From NCBI GenBank assembly GCA_964422045.1, contig CAYRAC010000001.1:1-35950 (forward strand): a DNA stretch of 35,950 nucleotides, in the 5' to 3' direction. Source of the DNA: an uncultured Steroidobacteraceae bacterium. GTDB taxonomy: Bacteria > Pseudomonadota > Gammaproteobacteria > Steroidobacterales > Steroidobacteraceae. The notes under the pieces were generated by a model. The model had not been told where the DNA came from and ran no database searches. It was given only the letters and a program-made list of their open reading frames with translations. The position numbers and the translations under genes are program-made. Numbering within the stretch: position 1 is the first letter of the stretch; each line of letters starts with the position of its first letter. Of the stretch, positions 30,436 to 35,950 are shown in pieces.

Positions 30436-30900
30436 GTGTCGGAACTCTCCACATTGGGACTCGCGTGCGCACTCGATGCGCGCGAAATTGCCGAAATGTC
30501 GCGCGACCTGATCGAGCACGGACTGACCTGGTCCTGGACGCCGGCCCGGGTGCAACATTTCATATGCGGACCGGAATCCTCGGTGGTGGTTGCGCGCCGC
30601 GAGCGGCACATTGCGGCATTCGCCATCATGCATTTCGGTGATGAGGTGGCTCATTTGAACCTGCTGGCCGTGGCGCCGGAGCATCGCCGCCAGGGTCTCG
30701 GGCGGCAACTCATGAGCTGGCTCACCGAGACCGCGATCATCGCCGGGGTGTTTCGCATCAACCTCGAACTGCGCACTCATAACGAAGCGGCGCGCGTTTT
30801 CTACGAGCGTCTGGGCTTCGATGAGCTCGGCGTGGTGCCGGGTTATTATCAAGGCCGGGAAGCGGCATTGCGCATGTCGCGCCGCCTCGCCTTGGGTTAG
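30436..30900 (+). CDS. GNAT-family N-acetyltransferase (RimI-like)
   Basis: Contains LLAVAPEHRRQGLGRQLMSWL (the acetyl-CoA Q/RxxGxG/A motif) and ARVFYERLGFDELG. I chose the GTG at 30436, 2 nt after the tricorn stop; a later ATG is possible. Confidence 0.75.
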   Translation: MSELSTLGLACALDAREIAEMSRDLIEHGLTWSWTPARVQHFICGPESSVVVARRERHIAAFAIMHFGDEVAHLNLLAVAPEHRRQGLGRQLMSWLTETAIIAGVFRINLELRTHNEAARVFYERLGFDELGVVPGYYQGREAALRMSRRLALG

Positions 30901-30917
30901 AGAGACCCGCCGCAAGT

Positions 30918-31778
30918 ATGCCCGGCCTGGCGCGCAGCGCGGTATTCGGCAGCACCGGACGCGAGGTCGCTGCGATCGGTCAAGGCACCTGGAAAATTGA
31001 GCAAACCGCGGCGGATGCTGCGATCGCGGCGCTGCGCCGCGGTCTTGATCTCGGGCTGACCCACATCGATACCGCCGAGATGTACGGCTCGGGGGCGGCC
31101 GAATCCGTGATCGCCCAGGCCATCGACGGGCGGCGCGACGAGGTTTTCTTGGTCTCCAAAGTGCTGCCCAGCAATGCCTCCAAGCGCGGCACGGTGAACG
31201 CCTGCGAGCAATCCCTGTCGCGGCTCAAGACCGATCGGCTCGACTGCTACCTGCTGCACTGGCGCGGTTCATATCCGCTGCAGGAAACGATCGCCGCTTT
31301 CGACGCATTGCTGCGCGACGGCAAGATCCTGTCGTGGGGAGTCAGTAATTTCGACGTCGCCGACCTGGAAGAAGTCGCGGCGATCGCGGGTAGAGGACAT
31401 CCGTCGTGCAACCAAGTGTTGTACCACCTGCAGGAGCGCGCCATCGAGCACGCGGTGTTGCCGTGGTGCCGCCAGCACGGCACGGCATTGGTGGCCTACA
31501 CGCCGTTCGGCCAATCGACGCAGGCCTACGATCCGAAGTCCGCGCCGGGCGGCGTGCTGGCGCAGATCGCGGCGGCCCACGCTGCCACTGCGCGCCAGGT
31601 TGCTTTGGCGTTTCTCTTGCGCCATCGGGAGGTGTTCGTGATTCCGAAGGCATCGAGCATCTCGCATGTCACCGAGAATGCCGGCGCGGCTGCGCTCAAG
31701 TTGAGTGCCGCCGAGATCGGGAAAATCGAGGGGGCATTCGCGCTCGGCCGGCCGCCCCGTGGATTACCGATGATCTAG
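30918..31778 (+). CDS. Aldo/keto reductase
   Basis: Contains GLTHIDTAEMYGSGAAESVIAQAI, FLVSKV, LDCYLLHW and IPKASSISHVTENAGA. Confidence 0.9.
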   Translation: MPGLARSAVFGSTGREVAAIGQGTWKIEQTAADAAIAALRRGLDLGLTHIDTAEMYGSGAAESVIAQAIDGRRDEVFLVSKVLPSNASKRGTVNACEQSLSRLKTDRLDCYLLHWRGSYPLQETIAAFDALLRDGKILSWGVSNFDVADLEEVAAIAGRGHPSCNQVLYHLQERAIEHAVLPWCRQHGTALVAYTPFGQSTQAYDPKSAPGGVLAQIAAAHAATARQVALAFLLRHREVFVIPKASSISHVTENAGAAALKLSAAEIGKIEGAFALGRPPRGLPMI

Positions 31779-32917
31779 GCCGGCATCCGCAAGATGTGCG
31801 GACCCGCCGCGCCCGCGCTCGACGTCCCGGTCAGCGCCAACGTCACCCGCAACTCGTTGCGCATGATCTCGATGGCCTTCCTGACCCCCGCCTCGCCGGC
31901 GGCGGCGAGTGCGTACAGGAACGACCGGCCGATCAAGGTGCCGCGCGCGCCGAGCGCCAGCGCCTTCGCGATGTCCTGGCCCGAGCGAATGCCGCCGTCG
32001 AACATGACTTCGCAGCGGCCGTCGATCGCGGCGACGATTTCCGGCAGCACCGAAATCGAGGATGGCGCGCCGTCGAGCTGCCGCCCGCCGTGATTCGAGA
32101 CGACGATTGCGTCTGCGCCGGCGGCCAGCGCGAGCTTCGCGTCTTCGGCCTCGAGCACTCCCTTCAGGATCAATTTTCCGGGCCAGCGGCTTCGCACCCA
32201 CTCCACGTCGCGCCAATTCGCGGAGGCATCGAACTGCGTCGCGGTCCACTCCGCGAGGGTCTTGACGCCGCTCGAACCGCCGATTCGCCCCGCCAAATTC
32301 CCGAAGGTGCGGCGTTTACCGAATAAGACCTTGAGTGCCCACGTCGGTTTGCTGGCCACATCGATGGCATTGCGCAGCGACAGACGCGGCGGGATGGTGA
32401 GCCCATTGCGCGGATCGCGGCGGCGCTCGCCGAGCACCTGCAGGTCGAGGGTGAGCATCAGCGCCGAACACTGTGCGGCGGCCGCGCGGTCGATGAGTTC
32501 CTGATTGAAGCCGCGATCCTTCATCAAGTATTGCTGGAACCAGAACGGCTGCCGGGTCGCGGCGCGCACATCTTCGATCGAACAGATCGACATGGTGCTC
32601 ATGCAGTAGGGTATGCCGCAGGCGGCCGCGGCCCGCGCCGCGAGAATCTCGCCGTCCGCGTGGAACAATCCGGCAAGTCCGGTCGGACCGATCGCCAACG
32701 GCATGGACACCGGAATGCCGAGCATGGTGCTCGCCACCGACACATTGGATACATCGACCATCACGCGTTGACGAAACGTCATGGCATCCAAATCGGCGCT
32801 GTTGCGCATCATGGTTCGTTCCTCGTATGACCCGCCGGCGGCATAGTCGAAGATGGCGCGCGGAATGCGCCGCCGCGCCAACTGCCGTAAATCGTCGATA
32901 CTCAGGATGGGTGCCAT
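31775..32917 (-). CDS. FMN-dependent alpha-hydroxy-acid dehydrogenase/oxidase (L-lactate dehydrogenase / glycolate oxidase family)
   Basis: Contains IDDLRQLARRRIPRAIFDYAAGGSYEERTM, KGVLEAEDAKLALAAGADAIVVSNHGGRQLDGAPSSI and FDGGIRSGQDIAKALALGA. Confidence 0.9.
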   Translation of the reverse strand: MAPILSIDDLRQLARRRIPRAIFDYAAGGSYEERTMMRNSADLDAMTFRQRVMVDVSNVSVASTMLGIPVSMPLAIGPTGLAGLFHADGEILAARAAAACGIPYCMSTMSICSIEDVRAATRQPFWFQQYLMKDRGFNQELIDRAAAAQCSALMLTLDLQVLGERRRDPRNGLTIPPRLSLRNAIDVASKPTWALKVLFGKRRTFGNLAGRIGGSSGVKTLAEWTATQFDASANWRDVEWVRSRWPGKLILKGVLEAEDAKLALAAGADAIVVSNHGGRQLDGAPSSISVLPEIVAAIDGRCEVMFDGGIRSGQDIAKALALGARGTLIGRSFLYALAAAGEAGVRKAIEIMRNELRVTLALTGTSSAGAAGPHILRMPA

Positions 32918-32943
32918 AATCGCGCCTCACTATAGCAAGGCGA

Positions 32944-33915
32944 GTGTTCGCCGGGCGGTTGCAGTCGATTCGCATGCGCAAAGATTATTCAAACCCGCCT
33001 CCGCCGCCATGGCTGCAAACGCTGCCGCGTCTGGCCACGCTGTATCGGGAATGGACTGGGCACAATCGCAAGCGGCGGCTGTTCGAAATCTCGAGTCTGC
33101 TGCTGGTCATCGCCGCAGTCGGCGCGACGTGGCCGGTGTGGATGCACCGAGTAAGCGTCGCATCGGCATTCGAACGCTTGAAGGATCACACCCTGGCGAT
33201 CGCAGCGCTCGCCGCGATGGTGGCGGCCGTCGCCGTGTCGCGCCAAAGGAGCATTGAGCGCGCGCGTGCCGCGCGCTCGTGGGTGGCTGCATTGCCGGTG
33301 AGGCCTCGCGCTCGCCTGATCGAAGGACTCTCGCTTGTATTGGCTCCGCTCAGCGTCGGCCTTGCATTGGTCTTGGGCTTTGCGCTCCTTGCCGATGCGC
33401 TGCTCGCGATCGCGGGATTGCCCGTGCAGGGCTGCCTCATCGCGATTGGTTGGCTCCTCTTGGGTGCCTTGCTTGGCGCCACCATAGGCTTTGCGGTGCG
33501 CCTTCCGAAGCCGGTAACTCCCTATCCAGGATCGCGCTATGTCCCGCATCGCGCGACACCCGGCCGGCGCCCGGTGCCGTCGGTGGGCTCACTTGGAATC
33601 TGGCCGATTCGCCGGATGTTTGCCATGCTGCAGCCGAAAACCGTCTCGCGGACCCTGCTGCCCGTGCTGTTGATGACACCCCTGGGAACCTCTGCCGCGG
33701 CGGCAATGCTCATGATTGGCCTGGTTGGCACGGCGCTGGCTGCCCTGTTCCTGGCGCACTCGGTGGTGGCGGTCACACACCTCGCGCGCCGGTGGCTTGC
33801 GCCCCTGCCGCTCTCGTTGCGTCGTTTGAGTTGGCTGGTCGCGATTCCCAGCCTGGTTGTCATGGCTGGCCTCGGCGCGATGGCCAAGTGGCTCATGTGG
33901 GTTGGCGGCCAGTGA
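32944..33915 (+). CDS. Hypothetical polytopic membrane protein (about 6-7 hydrophobic segments), coupled to ABC ATPase
   Basis: GC3-rich codon usage runs through the ORF. There are several hydrophobic helices long enough to span a membrane. The stop overlaps the downstream GTG (GTGA at 33912-33915). I recognise no family motif. The start is ambiguous: GTG at 32944 or ATG at 32974. Confidence 0.6.
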   Translation: MFAGRLQSIRMRKDYSNPPPPPWLQTLPRLATLYREWTGHNRKRRLFEISSLLLVIAAVGATWPVWMHRVSVASAFERLKDHTLAIAALAAMVAAVAVSRQRSIERARAARSWVAALPVRPRARLIEGLSLVLAPLSVGLALVLGFALLADALLAIAGLPVQGCLIAIGWLLLGALLGATIGFAVRLPKPVTPYPGSRYVPHRATPGRRPVPSVGSLGIWPIRRMFAMLQPKTVSRTLLPVLLMTPLGTSAAAAMLMIGLVGTALAALFLAHSVVAVTHLARRWLAPLPLSLRRLSWLVAIPSLVVMAGLGAMAKWLMWVGGQ

Positions 33916-34640
33916 CCGAGCTCCCTCTCGACATTCGGCATCTGGTGGCGGGCTACGGCGAACGAGTCGTGCTCGATAGAATCTCTTTAGTGCTCAAACC
34001 CGGCGAGTGGTTCGTACTGCTCGGCCCGAACGGCTGCGGCAAGAGCACCCTCCTCGATTGCATCGTCGGGCGCAAGACTGCAACTGCGGGCGAGATAGTC
34101 ATTGCCGGACATTCCCTGGAGCACGAGTCCTTCGCGGCGAAAATGCGCTTGGGCTACGGCTGCGCGCCCGACGCGCTGCCCCCATTGTTGACCGCCGGGC
34201 AGTGCTTGGAGATTCACGCGGGAGCGAAGCGCTTGTCCGCCATCGGCAACGATCTGTTCGAGCTTGCGGACGAGTTGCGGCTAACTCCCTATTGGGACTG
34301 CTTCGTCGACACATTGTCGCTTGGAACGCGTCAGAAGCTGGCAGTGCTGCTCGCGCTGGTCGGCGATCCAAACCTGATCGTCTTGGACGAGGCTTTCAAC
34401 GGCCTGGATCCGGCCAGTGCGCAAGTCCTCAAACGTCACTTACGCGCGAGGCTTGAGCAGGGCGGCGCCTTGTTGTTGGCAACCCATTCCCTCGACATCG
34501 TCGAACATCACGCCGATCGAGCCGCCCTCTTGATCGACGGGTGTCTGCAGCGCATTTGGGAAGGCGCCGAGCTCGAGCAACTGCGCGCCACCGGCCGACG
34601 TTTCGACGGTGCTCTCGCGGCCGGTCTCGGCTACAAGTAG
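33912..34640 (+). CDS. ABC transporter ATP-binding protein (ABC-2/DrrA-like single NBD)
   Basis: Walker A is GPNGCGKST, the signature-like motif LSLGTRQKL, Walker B LIVLDEAFNGLD and the H-loop LLATHS. The tracked ORF from 33279 is an over-extension. Confidence 0.85.
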   Translation: MTELPLDIRHLVAGYGERVVLDRISLVLKPGEWFVLLGPNGCGKSTLLDCIVGRKTATAGEIVIAGHSLEHESFAAKMRLGYGCAPDALPPLLTAGQCLEIHAGAKRLSAIGNDLFELADELRLTPYWDCFVDTLSLGTRQKLAVLLALVGDPNLIVLDEAFNGLDPASAQVLKRHLRARLEQGGALLLATHSLDIVEHHADRAALLIDGCLQRIWEGAELEQLRATGRRFDGALAAGLGYK

Positions 34641-35086
34641 CCGACCGTCGCGGCGGGCTTCGATCCTTGCACGAACTCGATCAGGTTGCCGGCGTTGTCG
34701 CGGATGAAGATGTTGGAGCCATGTTTCATTTCTTTGACCCAGACGATGTCCGCGCCGCGCCGCTGCAATTCGGCGGCGAATTCGCGCACATTGGCCACGG
34801 CGAAGGACACATGCTTGTTGCCGTGAGTGTGCACATCGCTGTCTGGCTCGCGTCGTTCGGCGGGCAGCGGCTTGGCTCCCGGCACGGCAAATAGCTCAAT
34901 GTGCATCGGGCCGTTGCGCAGCATCGCGACCTCCGCGGGAATCGCGGGAATCGGGAAGCGCTCCGCCACTTCGAATCCGAGCACCGTGCGCCACCAGGCG
35001 ATGGCGGCATCGAGATCGGGCACGCTCACCCCGCCGTGGTGGTGCCAGAATTCCAATGGTTGGGTCACTGCGGCGTCTCCGTTCAA
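34631..35086 (-). CDS. VOC-family protein (glyoxalase/bleomycin-resistance/dioxygenase fold)
   Basis: Contains HHHGGVSVPDLDAAIAWWRTVLGF, HIELF, HVSFAV and the ending GNLIEFVQ. The start is ambiguous: TTG at 35086 (overlapping the upstream stop) or GTG at 35068. Confidence 0.75.
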   Translation of the reverse strand: MNGDAAVTQPLEFWHHHGGVSVPDLDAAIAWWRTVLGFEVAERFPIPAIPAEVAMLRNGPMHIELFAVPGAKPLPAERREPDSDVHTHGNKHVSFAVANVREFAAELQRRGADIVWVKEMKHGSNIFIRDNAGNLIEFVQGSKPAATVGYL

Positions 35087-35950
35087 GTGTCGCGCGTTTT
35101 CGAACGGCGAAACAGAAAGCTGATCAGGAAAGGAATCAGCGGCAGCTTCAATAATTTGAAGAGCCGCCGCGCCTGCTCCGGCCTTAAGGTGGCGGCGAGC
35201 GGCATGGTGCCGTACGCCTGCCCCTTCACGACCACGCTATTGCCGTCGCGCTCGATGCTGCGGATCACCATCAAGTCCTCGTTCGCGGGGCCATACAAGA
35301 TGACGCTGTCATCCGCCGCACCACCGGGGCCCGGCGGCGCCGCACCGCCCGCGCTGCCGAGACTGGTGACCTTGCCGGCAGCGGCGGATTCGCCGCCCAC
35401 GGTCTTGTGAAAATCCAAGCCGAATTGCTCGAACATGCGCATCGCCGTGGCCCGGCCGGCGCCGTAGACGCCGCCGCCGGGGTGTTGGAACGGCCCGACC
35501 AGGTAGAATCGTTCCACTCCCGGCACCGTGTACTGCGCCAAGTCGGGAGTCGGCCGGTGACCGCCGGTCTGATAGAAGTACGGCGCAACGCCATGCACGT
35601 CGCCGCCCACCATGCTGTTCGGTGAATTGCGCGCATGATCGAGCGGCGTTGCGATCGTGCGCTTGATGATGTTGTCGGGGGTCAGGTTCATGACGAATTT
35701 TCGGTAGGCGGCGAGGCTGCGATCGCCCATCTGCTCGGCGATCTCGTCCCAGCGCGACGCGCCGCCGTCTGCCAGAGTGTAGGGCGCAAACGTGATCCCA
35801 TGAAACATGCCGCGGCCAGGCGGCACGCGGCTCGGGTCGGTGATGCTCTCATCGCCGCCCGCGATCAACACGCGCTCCGAGATTCGGCCGCGCTTGAGCG
35901 TGTCGAAGTCGTCGAGCATCTCGCTCAATGTGTTCGCGCTCATGAATTCG
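35083..35950 (-). CDS. NAD(P)/FAD-dependent oxidoreductase, phytoene-desaturase (CrtI)-like, C-terminal part (5' end outside window) with about 105-aa extra C-terminal extension
   Basis: The frame is open to the window edge. FAPYTLADGGASRWDE...PLDHARNSPNSMVGGDVHG...YLVGPFQHPGGGVYGAGRATA matches the conserved C-terminal region of CrtI-like flavoproteins. Confidence 0.75.
   Translation of the reverse strand, partial: EFMSANTLSEMLDDFDTLKRGRISERVLIAGGDESITDPSRVPPGRGMFHGITFAPYTLADGGASRWDEIAEQMGDRSLAAYRKFVMNLTPDNIIKRTIATPLDHARNSPNSMVGGDVHGVAPYFYQTGGHRPTPDLAQYTVPGVERFYLVGPFQHPGGGVYGAGRATAMRMFEQFGLDFHKTVGGESAAAGKVTSLGSAGGAAPPGPGGAADDSVILYGPANEDLMVIRSIERDGNSVVVKGQAYGTMPLAATLRPEQARRLFKLLKLPLIPFLISFLFRRSKTRDT

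Noticed and set aside
32929-32937. Extended -10-like TGCTATAGT (minus strand) upstream of the hydroxy-acid dehydrogenase ATG, considered as a third leaderless-type promoter.
   Set aside because: The gene has a properly spaced GAGG SD (7 nt). That SD would be cut off by a start site from this -10, no -35 is present, and the element may be fortuitous. It was kept only as a note.
34130-34180. Possible degenerate Q-loop in the ABC ATPase (GYGCAPDALP instead of a clear ...PQ/E... motif).
   Set aside because: I cannot align this confidently by eye, and ABC-2 NBDs vary here. The catalytic Walker B Glu and the H-loop His are intact, so I do not claim a non-catalytic NBD.

Overview
This is a GC-rich (by eye about two-thirds G+C), very gene-dense chromosomal window of Gram-negative, proteobacterial type. 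I support 31 CDS. I found no rRNA, tRNA, CRISPR array, IS or transposase, integrase, or phage genes. Many longer tracked ORFs are antisense or N-terminally over-extended shadows typical of high-GC DNA, and I trimmed or dropped them.

Gene order:
- 5'-truncated PaaG-like crotonase, then a soluble orphan histidine kinase, then an MFS transporter (+ strand).
- A long minus-strand block. It runs iorA-iorB (two-subunit indolepyruvate-type 2-oxoacid:ferredoxin oxidoreductase), a 45-nt AT-rich gap, an FAD-monooxygenase::old-yellow-enzyme fusion (2-aminobenzoyl-CoA monooxygenase/reductase or salicylyl-CoA 5-hydroxylase type), SDR, MarR, crotonase, acyl-CoA dehydrogenase and RidA. A 60-nt gap then precedes a ParB/Srx-like protein and a SulP anion transporter.
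- A divergent MarR and an FAD oxidoreductase.
- A tripartite RND efflux operon (adaptor, pump, NodT-type outer-membrane lipoprotein).
- feoA-feoB plus a small Cys-rich membrane ORF, with a Fur-box-like site upstream.
- HIT protein, proline iminopeptidase with a Lys/Ala-rich N-terminal tail, a 1090-aa secreted tricorn-protease homologue, GNAT and aldo/keto reductase.
- An FMN alpha-hydroxy-acid dehydrogenase.
- An unassignable polytopic membrane protein translationally coupled to an ABC ATPase.
- A VOC protein and a 5'-truncated CrtI-like flavoprotein with an unusual C-terminal extension.

Nothing looks like a defence or mobile system. The best candidates for under-described biology are:
1. The ligase-less IorAB plus aroyl-CoA hydroxylase/reductase plus RidA catabolic cluster.
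2. The ParB/Srx-like and SulP gene pair.
3. The pip and tricorn-homologue pairing, which mirrors the archaeal tricorn/F1 system.
4. The orphan membrane-protein/ABC-ATPase pair.
5. Two candidate leaderless transcripts.

All family calls come from motif recognition by eye, not from searches.
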